From an uncultured Gemmatimonadales bacterium (lineage in GTDB: Bacteria > Gemmatimonadota > Gemmatimonadetes > Gemmatimonadales > Gemmatimonadaceae): 64,000 nt of DNA. How positions within the stretch are numbered: the first letter of the stretch is position 1; every line of letters begins with the position of its first letter. Below are positions 52,922 through 63,998 of this stretch, piece after piece. The notes below the pieces were generated by a model. That model was not told the DNA's origin. It saw only the letters and a list, made by a program, of their open reading frames with translations, and made no database searches. Made by a program: the position numbers and the translations under genes. The stretch spans positions 3,136,001-3,200,000 of the forward strand of contig CAWKMU010000003.1 in the NCBI GenBank assembly GCA_963850905.1, in the 5' to 3' direction.

Positions 52922-52994
52922 GCGCCCGTAGCTCAATTGGTAGAGCAAGGTCCTCTTAAGTCCGAGGTTGACGGTTCGAGTCCGTCCGGGCGCA
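52922..52994 (+). tRNA. tRNA-Lys (anticodon CTT) with imperfect anticodon stem
   Basis: Perfect acceptor, D and T arms; loop CTCTTAA; stem AGGTC/GTCCG has two mismatches. Confidence 0.75.
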
Positions 52995-53116
52995 TAACTG
53001 CGGGGTGTGGGGTTTGGGATCTAAGGACTTACCGAAAGGCCGGCGGCGGTAAACGCGCAGCCGGCCTCGAGTGTTAGCTCCCCAGACCCCAGAGCCCTAA
53101 CCCCTCGTAGTTCAGC

Positions 53117-53145
53117 TTGCGTCGCTCAATCGACCCCGCTACACT
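53117..53145 (+). promoter_or_regulatory. rRNA promoter P1 (TTGCGT-17-TACACT)
   Basis: Sigma70-like hexamers at 17-bp spacing upstream of 16S. Confidence 0.55.
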
Positions 53146-53287
53146 ACGGGTCCTTCGGCGCCGTCCTTGGGGCGGTGCTTCGAGCGGGAGGCGGGTCTGC
53201 GGCCCTTCGGGGCCGTTGTCGTCTCCGCGATGCTCGGTGGCGGCGGAGGTCAAGCCGCAGGAGTTGGATGTTTCGGGATCAGGCAGG

Positions 53288-53316
53288 TTGACTTGCTCGC
53301 AATCCCGAACTACATT
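53288..53316 (+). promoter_or_regulatory. rRNA promoter P2 (TTGACT-17-TACATT); boxA-like TGCTATTTGACAAC follows at about 53359
   Basis: Near-consensus hexamers; a similar boxA occurs in the ITS (GCTGTTTGACAAC, about 55187). Confidence 0.7.
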
Positions 53317-53536
53317 GGAAGGCTGCCGCGGAATGCGGCTCCGATTGATAACGTTGAGTGCTATTTGACAACTGAGGTTGAGATCGCAGACGTGCGGGCG
53401 GACTCATTGATCCAGCATCCCTGTCGGGGTGTTGGGGAGAGTTTGACCGACAATCAACTGTGATTCTAGACGCACCGTCGAGCTTGCTTCGGCAGACTTG
53501 GCGGAACGCGTTCTGAAGAGCTATTTCGAACTTTTC

Positions 53537-55071
<1,535 letters not shown>

Positions 55072-57338
55072 CCGGAGTGACGAGTAAGCCATGCGCGAGC
55101 TTCGGCTCAAGCGTGGCGGAAAGTCCTCGGAAGTCGCCCGCACGCACGTCTGGATCTCAATCTCGGTTGGCAAATGGCGCACACGCGCTGTTTGACAACG
55201 GATAGCAGTAGTGATCGTGGGATAACGAATCGACACGAGAAATGGCAATGGAGCCGGCTGGCGTTGAGGCGCTCGCAAGAGCAACTCGGCGACGGCAGCT
55301 GCACGAGCCGTTTCACTTGTTATGTGCACATGTATGGGCAACCATGCATGTGTGCTGTAGATCGCGCGTGCTCTGCTTGACACATTGCCAATTTGTGGTC
55401 AAGCGAGCGAAAGCATGTGGGGGATGCCTGGGCACACGAAGGCGATGAAGGCCGTGGCAAGCTGCGATAAGCCAAGGGGAGCGGCACACACGCTATGATC
55501 CTTGGATGGCCGAATGGGGAAACCCGGCGGTGCGCAAGCACCGTCATCTCGTCGCAAGACGAGAAGCGAACCTGGGGAACTGAAACATCTCAGTACCTAG
55601 AGGAAGAGAAATCAACCGAGATTCCCGAAGTAGCGGCGAGCGAACCGGGAACAGCCCAAACCGTGGAGCCTTCGGGCGCCGCGGGGTTGTAGGACCCACG
55701 GACGCGATGAGCGGAGGTAGCTGAAGTCGCCTGGAAAGGCGCGCCAGAGACGGTGAGAGCCCGGTACGCGAAACCAGTCGCTTGTCGTAGTGGAGTTCCT
55801 GAGTAACGCCCGACACGAGAAACCGGGCGTGAAGCTGGGGGGACCACCCTCCAAGGCTAAAGACTCTCGTGTGACCGATAGTGAACGAGTACCGTGAGGG
55901 ACAGGTGAAAAGCACCCCTGGGCGGGGAGTGAAATAGTTCCTGAAACCACATGCTTACAAGCGGTAGGAGGGTGACGCGCGTCTTCGGATGCGTGGGCGC
56001 CTAACTGCGTGCCTTTTGCATTATGATCCGGCGAGTTACTGCTCGGGAGCAAGGCTAAGCCGCTCGGCGGCGGAGCCATAGCGAAAGCGAGTCCTGTAAC
56101 GAGGGCGACTGAAGTTCCCGGGCGTAGACCCGAAGCCAGGGCGATCTACCCATGAGCAGGGTGAAGCTCGGGTAACACCGAGTGGAGGCCCGAACCGTTG
56201 TGGGTTGAAAACCGCTCGGATGACTTGTGGGTAGGGGTGAAAGGCCAATCAAGCCTGGAGATAGCTGGTTCTCCCCGAAATCTATTGAGGTAGAGCCTCG
56301 AGGCGTGTTCACAGGAGGTAGAGCGACTGGATGGGCGCAGGCTGCAGAGCGCAGTACTAACCCCAACCAAACTCCGAATGCCTGTTGAATGGACCTCGGG
56401 AGGCAGTCGACGAGCGATAATGTCCGTCGGCGAGAGGGAAAGAACCCAGAACCACAGCTAAGGTCCCGAAGTGGCCGCTGAGTATAGCGAAGGATGTGTA
56501 CGTGCCGCGACAACTGGGAGGTTGGCTTAGAAGCAGCCATCCTTTAAAGAGTGCGTAATAGCTCACCAGTCCAGCGTGTATGCGCCGAGAATGGTCGGGA
56601 TTAAGCGGCCCGCCGAAGCTTGGTCTTGTTGCTTTTGCAACAGGGGTAGGGGAGCGTTCCCCGTGCTGTGAAGCCCCGGTGGAAACCATGGGGTGGAGCG
56701 AGGGGAAGTGAGGATGCCGGAATGAGTACGCGCAAACGCGGGTGAAAACCCCGCGCACCGTAAGCCCAAGGATTCCTGCGCCATGGCAATCAGCGCAGGG
56801 TGAGGCGGACCCTAAGGCGAGGCCCCAGAGGCGTAGCCGATGGACAGCCGGTTAAAATTCCGGCCCCGCCGTCCGGGCGTTATCACCCATCAGGGGACAC
56901 GGGAACGAAGCGGCAGCGGCCACGTGGAGGGCCGTCTAACCCAGTAGGCGCAAGCCGAGAGGGGAATGCGAGGGGAGGGGGCAACTCCGAACCGAGTGCC
57001 GTAGAGTCGACCGGCAAGAAAAGCCTGACTGGGGAGTCCGTACGACGTCCGTACCGTAAACCGACACAGGTGGGCGAGGCGAGCAGCCTCAGGTGAACGA
57101 GTGAAACGTGGTCAAGGAACTCGGCATAATGATCCCGTAACTTCGGAAGAAGGGATGCCGCTCTTGGTTGCAGGGTTTTCCCCTGTCGCTAGGATCGGCC
57201 GCAGCGAATCGGCCCAAGCGACTGTTTAGCAAAAACACAGGTGTGTGCCAAGCCGCACAAGGCGCCGTATACACACTGACGCCTGCCCGGTGCCGGAAGG
57301 TTAAGGGGAGAGGTTAGCCGCAAGGCGAAGCTTTGAGC

Positions 57339-57375
<37 letters not shown>

Positions 57376-58067
57376 TAACCCCGCGTGCTACCGCGGATGG
57401 CCGTTACAAAATCTGGCTATATGCTGGAACAGCTGTTGGATGTCACGGTACCGAGGTTTCCAACGTACTCGGTGATAATCCGATGACTGCAGCCAATCAG
57501 CAGGAAAGACTGTCGATCACAGACCAGGAAAAGTGGTTCCTCGCTGGCTTCATCGAAGGTGAGGGCTCGGTCTGCGTCTCCATGAAGAGCTTACCAACAC
57601 ATCGATTCGGCTTCTACGTACACCCCGAGTTTTTTCTGTATCAGTACCGGGGGTATCCGCAGATGCTCGAGTTGGCCCGCGCAATGTTTGGCTCGGGTAG
57701 CATTTTTCCGAAACCAGGAAATGAGCGAGTGTTGGTCTACGCGATCCGAAGCCGAAGAGTCATCGCCGAAAAGGTGATTCCCTTCGTTCGGGAGTACATG
57801 GTCTTCGCGCCACGCAGAGCTGTCTACGAGCGGTTTTGCGAGATCGTCGAAGCAATGGAACGCAACGAACACCACTCGAGAGATGGAATGGTGCGTATCG
57901 TCGAAATGGCGTACACGCTCAATCCGACCTCGAAAGGCAAGGAGCGGAAACGAACCTTGCGGGAAGTGATTGACAGAATCCTCAGAGACTACACGCCAGA
58001 CTCCGGTGCGAGTCATCCGGAGATGATATAGTCCGTTCTGCATGGCGACATGCAGCTAACACACAAG
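57376..58067 (+). mobile_element. Group I intron at 23S position L1923 (692 nt)
   Basis: Exon ends in U, intron ends in G; IGS GCCGTTA (57400-57406) pairs TAACGGT with a U-G pair; P ATATGCTGGAA, Q AATCAGCAGG, R TCAGAGACTAC, S GATATAGTCC; P3 TCTGGC/GCCAGA. Confidence 0.95.
57483..58031 (+). CDS. Single-motif LAGLIDADG homing endonuclease, I-CeuI-like
   Basis: KWFLAGFIEGEGS..FGFYVHPEF..EKVIPF resembles recalled I-CeuI KLFLAGFLEGEAS..FGLVVDPEF..EKVIPF; intron lies in the I-CeuI target. Confidence 0.92.
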   Translation: MTAANQQERLSITDQEKWFLAGFIEGEGSVCVSMKSLPTHRFGFYVHPEFFLYQYRGYPQMLELARAMFGSGSIFPKPGNERVLVYAIRSRRVIAEKVIPFVREYMVFAPRRAVYERFCEIVEAMERNEHHSRDGMVRIVEMAYTLNPTSKGKERKRTLREVIDRILRDYTPDSGASHPEMI

Positions 58068-58122
<55 letters not shown>

Positions 58123-58375
58123 CGACTTGGGCACTGTCTCGACCACGTGCTCGGCGAAATTGCAGTCTCGGTGAGGATTCCGAGTCCCCGCAGCAGGACA
58201 AAAAGACCCCATGCACCTTTACTGTATCCTGTCATTGAGCATTGCCCCGAACTGTGTAGCATAGGTGGGAGCCGTTGAGGCCCAGGCGCTAGCTTGGGCG
58301 GAGGCAACAGTGAAATACCACCCTGTTCGTGTGATGCTCTCACGAAGGCGAGGCAAACCCTCCCTCGGACCGTGG

Positions 58376-58408
<33 letters not shown>

Positions 58409-58659
58409 GAAAGTGTAACGGAGGCGCGCGCATGGTTCCCTCAGCGCGGTCGGTACTCGCGCCTATAGAGTGTAACGGCAGAAGGGAGCCTGACGGTGAG
58501 AGCGACAGCTCGAACCGGGTCGAAAGACGGCCGTAGTGATCCGGTAGCCCGGTGTGGATCGGCTATCGCGCAACGGATAAAAGGTACGCTGGGGATAACA
58601 GGCTTATCGCGCCCGAGAGTTCACATCGACGGCGCGGTTTGGCACCTCGATGTCGGCTT

Positions 58660-58693
<34 letters not shown>

Positions 58694-58740
58694 CCGGCTG
58701 TTCGCCGGTTAAAGTGGTACATGAGCTGGGTTCAGAACGT

Positions 58741-59052
58741 AGACAACACTGCGTTGCCAGGAAGTAATTCCTGGAATAACTCAACTGGCTCATATCGGTG
58801 AAGCCCTCCTGGAGCGTCGAACGGCTCCAAAGGGTAATACCGAGGGAAGGCTGGTAATTGTGGACCCTACGATCCTTGCAGAAGCGATCGTAGAGTCAGG
58901 CGAAATACGCACAACATTACCTTGCCCCCGTAGAGACTGATCTGATACGGAGAGAGTCGTCGGTGATGCCGACGGCTAATACGCCAGTCTCCTTCGTTGC
59001 AAGCGAAGGATGAAGGTATAGTCCATGCCACCAGAAATGGTGGAAGAACATG
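58741..59052 (+). mobile_element. ORF-less group I intron at 23S position L2593 (312 nt, IA-type)
   Basis: AGAACGT|...G|CGTGAGAC; IGS GCGTT at 58751; P ATATCGGTGAA, Q AATACCGAG, R GTAGAGACTG, S AAGGTATAGTCC; P3 ACTGGC/GCCAGT; extra hairpins between P7 and P3'. Confidence 0.93.
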
Positions 59053-59480
59053 CGTGAGACAGTTCGGTCTGTATCCGCTGTGGGCGTTGGAAGATTGCGG
59101 GGCGTGGACCCTAGTACGAGAGGACCGGGTCGAACTGCCCGCTCGTGTCCCGGCTGTGGCGCCAGCTGCAACGCCGGGTAGCGATGGCAGGCGGAGATAA
59201 CCGCTGAATGCATCTAAGTGGGAAGCTCCCCCCAAGATGAATCTTCCCTGGAGCCTTGAGCTCCCTGAAGGGCCGTGAGAGACTATCACGTCGATAGGCC
59301 GCATGTGGAACGTCCGCAAGGACCTCCGAGCAAAGCGGTCCTAATCGCCCGTGAGGCTTGACTACTTCCGTAGGGATGACGCGTGCGTTGTCCCTGTAAT
59401 TGAATCCAAGCAGAGCACTGCGATCTACAAAAGATTCCGCATCACACGATCACTGCTGTTGCCCGAATGTCTCCATATAT

Positions 59481-59598
59481 CGCTGGCGACTAGAGCGTAG
59501 GGGCCACACTCGTTCCCATTCCGAACACGATCGTTAAGCCCTACAGCGCCAATGGTACTCCGCTCGAGAGAGCGCGGGAGAGTAGGCCGTCGCCGGCA
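59481..59598 (+). rRNA. rrf: 5S rRNA
   Basis: GCTGGCGAC/GTCGCCGGC terminal helix, CCCATTCCGAAC, GGGAGAGTAGG. Confidence 0.96.
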
Positions 59599-59605
59599 CT
59601 CCTTT

Positions 59606-59655
59606 GACAACACCCCTGTGGGCCTCGCCCACAGGGGTGTTGTCGTTTCCCCTTT
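59606..59655 (+). terminator. rRNA operon terminator hairpin; member of the ACACCCC...GGGGTGT repeat family
   Basis: GACAACACCCCTGTGGGC-CTC-GCCCACAGGGGTGTTGTC followed by a pyrimidine tract. Confidence 0.75.
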
Positions 59656-59715
59656 CTCCTTTCTGCTCCGCTCCTCTCTCGGCGCGCAGCGCCCGCGGGG
59701 TGTTGTCGTTTTCGC

Positions 59716-59739
59716 GGGCGACGCATGCGTCCACCCTAC
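59716..59739 (-). repeat. Degenerate GTAG-type REP
   Basis: Minus strand GTAGGGTGGACGCATGCGTCGCCC. Confidence 0.7.
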
Positions 59740-59825
59740 CCGCCGCAGGGTATGTTTGTCGTCGTCTCCCGTCTCCTTTCTGCAGGTCTCCTTTCCCGGG
59801 CGCGCAGCGCCTGCGGGAGTCCAGT

Positions 59826-61253
59826 ATGACAACTCGGCATATCGAGGTTGATCGCCACACCAGCAACGCTCGGCGAGCCCAAAACCGTACAGCCCGCCCC
59901 CTCTGGATCTGCGCGCTCAACCTGTCGATGTGCGCAACACTGGCAACGCTCGTGCAGGCCCAAGCCGCCACCGCGAGCCGCGATGCTCGCGCAACACCCA
60001 ACCGGAGCAGCACCATGCCAGAGTTGCAGACCAGCGATGCGCCGCTCAAAACCCCCGCGGCACGCACCGCACCGGAAGACACCTCCATCCGGCCGTTCAC
60101 CTATCACGCGACCGATGAGGCCCTCGCGGACCTGCGCCGCCGGATCGCCGCGACAAGGTGGCCGTCGCCGGAACTGGTGAAGGATGCCTCGCAAGGCGTC
60201 CAACTCGCGACAATGCAAGAGCTCGCGCGCTACTGGGAATCAGAGTACGACTGGCGCAAGGTCGAAGCGCGGCTGGCCGCACTGCCCCAATTCGTGACGA
60301 CGATCGACGGAGTGGACATTCATTTCATCCACGTTCGTTCGAAGCTTCCCAATGCGCTGCCGGTCATTATCACGCACGGGTGGCCCGGCTCGATCATCGA
60401 GCAGCTAAAAGTCATCGATCCATTGACCAACCCAACGGCCCATGGCGGGAAGGCAACGGACGCGTTCGACGTCGTCATCCCGTCGCTGCCGGGCCACGGG
60501 TTCTCAGGGAAACCCACCGCTCTCGGCTGGGATCCGATCCGGATCGCACGCGCCTGGATCGTGCTCATGCAGCGCCTCGGCTACACGCGATACGTGGCCC
60601 AAGGCGGCGACTGGGGGAACGCGGTCACGGAGCAGCTGGCCCTGCTCAAACCGCCGGGACTGATCGGCATTCACACCAACATGCCCGCGACGATCCCCGC
60701 CAACATCGCCACGGCGCTCGCGGCCGGCGGCCCGCCACCGTCCGGCCTCTCGGCCGACGAGAAGTCTGCCTACGATCAACTCGACTTTTTCTACAAGCAC
60801 GGCGTCGGCTACGCCGGCGAGATGGGGAACCGTCCCCAGACGCTGTACGCCCTCGAGGATTCACCGATCGGTCTCGCCGCCTGGATGCTCGACCACGATG
60901 CGCGCAGTTACGCGCTCATCGCACGCGTCTTTGCCGGAGGGACCGAGGGCCTCACGCGAGACGACATCCTCGACAACATCACGCTCTACTGGCTGACCAA
61001 AACGGGGGTTTCGTCGGCGCGTCTCTACTGGGAGAGCAAGCTGCCGTTTTTCGCCCCGAAAGGCGTCGCCATACCCGTCGCCGTGAGCGCGTATCCCGAC
61101 GAGATCTACACGGCCCCAAAGAGTTGGACGGAAAAAGCCTACCCCAAGCTCATTTATTACAACCGACTCCCCAAGGGCGGTCACTTCGCGGCGTGGGAGC
61201 AGCCGCAAGAGTTCTCGGAAGAACTGCGCGCGAGCTTCCAGTCGCTGCGCTGA
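59826..61253 (+). CDS. Epoxide hydrolase (EHN domain + alpha/beta hydrolase)
   Basis: IRPF..LADLRRRIAATRWP, HGWPGS, QGGDWG, GGHFAAWEQP; start uncertain. Confidence 0.9.
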   Translation: MTTRHIEVDRHTSNARRAQNRTARPLWICALNLSMCATLATLVQAQAATASRDARATPNRSSTMPELQTSDAPLKTPAARTAPEDTSIRPFTYHATDEALADLRRRIAATRWPSPELVKDASQGVQLATMQELARYWESEYDWRKVEARLAALPQFVTTIDGVDIHFIHVRSKLPNALPVIITHGWPGSIIEQLKVIDPLTNPTAHGGKATDAFDVVIPSLPGHGFSGKPTALGWDPIRIARAWIVLMQRLGYTRYVAQGGDWGNAVTEQLALLKPPGLIGIHTNMPATIPANIATALAAGGPPPSGLSADEKSAYDQLDFFYKHGVGYAGEMGNRPQTLYALEDSPIGLAAWMLDHDARSYALIARVFAGGTEGLTRDDILDNITLYWLTKTGVSSARLYWESKLPFFAPKGVAIPVAVSAYPDEIYTAPKSWTEKAYPKLIYYNRLPKGGHFAAWEQPQEFSEELRASFQSLR

Positions 61254-61333
61254 CGCCGAAGCGGCGCGTACAACGCGCCAGCTGGGCGCCGCCCGTCACT
61301 CCGTCGTGCGTGACAGGCGCCGCCGGCAAACGG

Positions 61334-61370
61334 AACACCCCTGTAGGCCGAGCCAGGCCCGCAGGGGTGT
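61334..61370. repeat. Hairpin repeat AACACCCCTGTAGGCC...GGCCCGCAGGGGTGT
   Basis: Related to 59606-59644 and 63961-63998. Confidence 0.8.
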
Positions 61371-61495
61371 CGTCGTTTGTTGCCCAGCACAACCCGTCAC
61401 CCGCGCAGATATCGCAGCACGCGTGCCAACCGCCGGTCGTGCGCGCGAGAAATCGCGTAGGCCGTCGCCGGCACCAGTCTCCCTGCCCCCTCTCA

Positions 61496-63901
61496 TCACG
61501 GTAGCCCAATCTTTCGCGCCAGCACCGCAAAACGGGGATCGGAATGCAAAGAGTCGAGTTGGTAATCGGTTTTGAGCCCGACCATGAGCCAGAACCTCGC
61601 CTTATACGCACTGTCGAGCCACCGGAATGCCTCGTCCCGTTCCCCGAGCTCCGCGGCCGTGATCGCGACGAAGTAGGGCGGCGTCAGACCCTGTCGCCCC
61701 CGTTCCCGCTGAAGTGTGAGCGCGGTCCTGAGCGCCGCCCGCTCGCCCCCAATCCGATACGCGCGCTGCATCGCCACGCCGTCGGTGAGCCCGCCCCGCC
61801 CAGTCAGGGTGAGACTGTCCAACTTCACGTACTCTGCGATCGCCTCTGGGTACATGCGCTTCGCCCAGTACGCCTCCGCCAGAAACGCGCGCGCGATGGC
61901 GAACCCAGGATATTCGGCCAGGATCGTCCGCAGCCGTGCCACACTCTCGTCGAGTCGGCGCGCTCGGATCAGGATGTCTGCGCCCGATGCGCTGATGATC
62001 GGTGACAGCGGGTCCAGCGATCGCGCACGCTCATTTTCGGCGATCGCCTCCGCCTCTCGACCACCCAGCAACGCCAGACACTCGGCGTACCACTGATGTG
62101 CGGTCGCGTCGCTCTCGTCCAAGGCAAACGCGCGCTTGAACTCCGCCTCCCCAGCGGCGAAATCCCAGTGAGACTCCATCTCGTTGACGCCGAGCACGGC
62201 GTGAGGGTGCGCGAGCGCCGGGTCCAGCTCGAGCGCCTTCCTGGCCGCCGCATCGGCCTTGGGAATATCGTCGCTCGATGTGTCGAAGTATTGCGGCAAG
62301 ACCACGTACGCATCCGCCAGCCCCGAGTACGCCTCTGCATACCCCGGGTCCCTGCCAATGGCCTGCTCGAAGTAGGCGATCGCCGAACGAATGTCGGGGA
62401 GCGTGCGCTTGTTCCACGCGTACCGCCCACGCAGGTACAGCTCGTACGCCTCAGGATCGTGTGTACCCTGTCGCGTCACCTGTTGCTTCGCTGAATCGGT
62501 CAACGACCCGCGGAGCGCAGCAGCAAGGTCGCCGGCGATCCGCTGCTCGATCGTGATAATGTCGGCACTCTTGCCGCCGTATCGCTGCCCCCAAAGCTCG
62601 GTGTTGTCCCGTACCTCGACCAACTCGGCACTCACCTCGACGCTATCGCCCCGTGGCACGACGCGCCCGGTCACCAGCGCCGGCACCCCGAGCGCGGTAC
62701 CGGCCGTCTCGACGTCGACGTCTTTTCCCTTGTAGTGAAACACCGAGCTCCGCGACTTCACGCGGAGCCCGGGCACGTGCGTCAGACTTGCGATCAACGA
62801 CTCCGTGATGCCGTCGCTCAAGTACTCCGTGTTGGCATCGCCATCGCCATTCGCAAACGGCATCACCGCGAGGGACGCCACCTTCGCCCCGGGTGTTCCG
62901 TTCCGCGCACGCCAGGCAAAAAGCGCCCCGATCCCCAGAAGAAAACCAAGCCCAAGAAACGCGACGCCGGGCCGCATTCGCCTCGATCCACTCGGCGACC
63001 GGCCTGAGGGCGCCACCAATGCAACCCCCTTGCTCACCCCAGTCCCGGCACGCACGCTCGCCTCCAGCGCGTTCGCCAGTTGCGTCGCGCTGGCGAAGCG
63101 ATCCGCGGGCACTGGCGCGAGTGCCCGCCGAATTCCGACATCGACGCCTTCAGGCACCGCGGGCCGGCTCCGTCGCACCGACGGCGTCTCACCCGACAAC
63201 ACTTTCGCCAGGATCACTTGCGCCGTCGGACCGGTGAAGGGGGGCTCCCCGACCAGCATCTCGTAGCACACCGCGCCCAACGAGTAGATGTCGGAGCGTG
63301 CGTCGACCGTTCGATCTCCGGCCGCCTGCTCAGGACTCATATACGCCGGCGTCCCCACGGACATCCCCGTCGCCGTCAAGGTCTCGCGGCCCGACGGCGA
63401 GGCAAGCGTCCGCGCAATGCCAAAATCGGCAACCAGCGCCTGCCGGTCGCGCGTCAGCAGAATGTTCTCCGGCTTGATGTCCCGGTGAACCACGCCGTTC
63501 CCGTGCGCGTAGTCGAGCGCCAACGCCACTTCGCGGGTGATGCCGACGGCATCCTCCACAGGCAACTGGCGCTCGCGCTCGAGTCTCGCGCGCAAGCTCT
63601 CCCCGTCCACATACGGCATCGTGAACCAGAGAAGTCCGTCTGACGTCTCCCCAGAGTCGAGCACCGTCAGGATGTGCGGGTGCTGCAGCTTCGCAGAGGT
63701 CGCGATCTCCCGACGAAATCGCTCGGCGCCCAGGGACTCGGCGAGCTCGGCGCTCAGCACCTTGAGCGCAACAGCCCGTCCGTGTTTGAGGTCCTCCGCC
63801 AGAAAGACCGTGGCCATCCCGCCACGACCGATCTCGCGGCGAATCTCGTATTGTGATCCCAGCGTCTGCCGCAGCCGGTCCGCGATCTCAGCCGACGTCA
63901 C
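61496..63901 (-). CDS. Ser/Thr protein kinase with TM, TolB-N-like domain and TPR repeats
   Basis: IGRGGMATV, VALK, HRDIKPEN, DFG, GTPAYMSPE; SLAVMPF, YELYLRGR, TPRs. Confidence 0.93.
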   Translation of the reverse strand: MTSAEIADRLRQTLGSQYEIRREIGRGGMATVFLAEDLKHGRAVALKVLSAELAESLGAERFRREIATSAKLQHPHILTVLDSGETSDGLLWFTMPYVDGESLRARLERERQLPVEDAVGITREVALALDYAHGNGVVHRDIKPENILLTRDRQALVADFGIARTLASPSGRETLTATGMSVGTPAYMSPEQAAGDRTVDARSDIYSLGAVCYEMLVGEPPFTGPTAQVILAKVLSGETPSVRRSRPAVPEGVDVGIRRALAPVPADRFASATQLANALEASVRAGTGVSKGVALVAPSGRSPSGSRRMRPGVAFLGLGFLLGIGALFAWRARNGTPGAKVASLAVMPFANGDGDANTEYLSDGITESLIASLTHVPGLRVKSRSSVFHYKGKDVDVETAGTALGVPALVTGRVVPRGDSVEVSAELVEVRDNTELWGQRYGGKSADIITIEQRIAGDLAAALRGSLTDSAKQQVTRQGTHDPEAYELYLRGRYAWNKRTLPDIRSAIAYFEQAIGRDPGYAEAYSGLADAYVVLPQYFDTSSDDIPKADAAARKALELDPALAHPHAVLGVNEMESHWDFAAGEAEFKRAFALDESDATAHQWYAECLALLGGREAEAIAENERARSLDPLSPIISASGADILIRARRLDESVARLRTILAEYPGFAIARAFLAEAYWAKRMYPEAIAEYVKLDSLTLTGRGGLTDGVAMQRAYRIGGERAALRTALTLQRERGRQGLTPPYFVAITAAELGERDEAFRWLDSAYKARFWLMVGLKTDYQLDSLHSDPRFAVLARKIGLP

Positions 63902-63960
63902 TCATGCTCTGGCGTTGTAGTCAGGGTGCAAGTTACAGGATGACGGCCACACCGTCGCGG

Positions 63961-63998
63961 AAACACCCCCGTAGGCCGAGGCCGGCCCGCGGGGGTGT
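63961..63998. repeat. Hairpin repeat AACACCCCCGTAGGCC...GGCCCGCGGGGGTGT
   Basis: Related to 61334 and 59606 copies. Confidence 0.8.

Noticed and set aside
59606..63998. Integron attC sites
   Set aside because: Ends do not fit RYYYAAC/GTTRRRY, the genes are in opposite orientations, and no integrase is in the window
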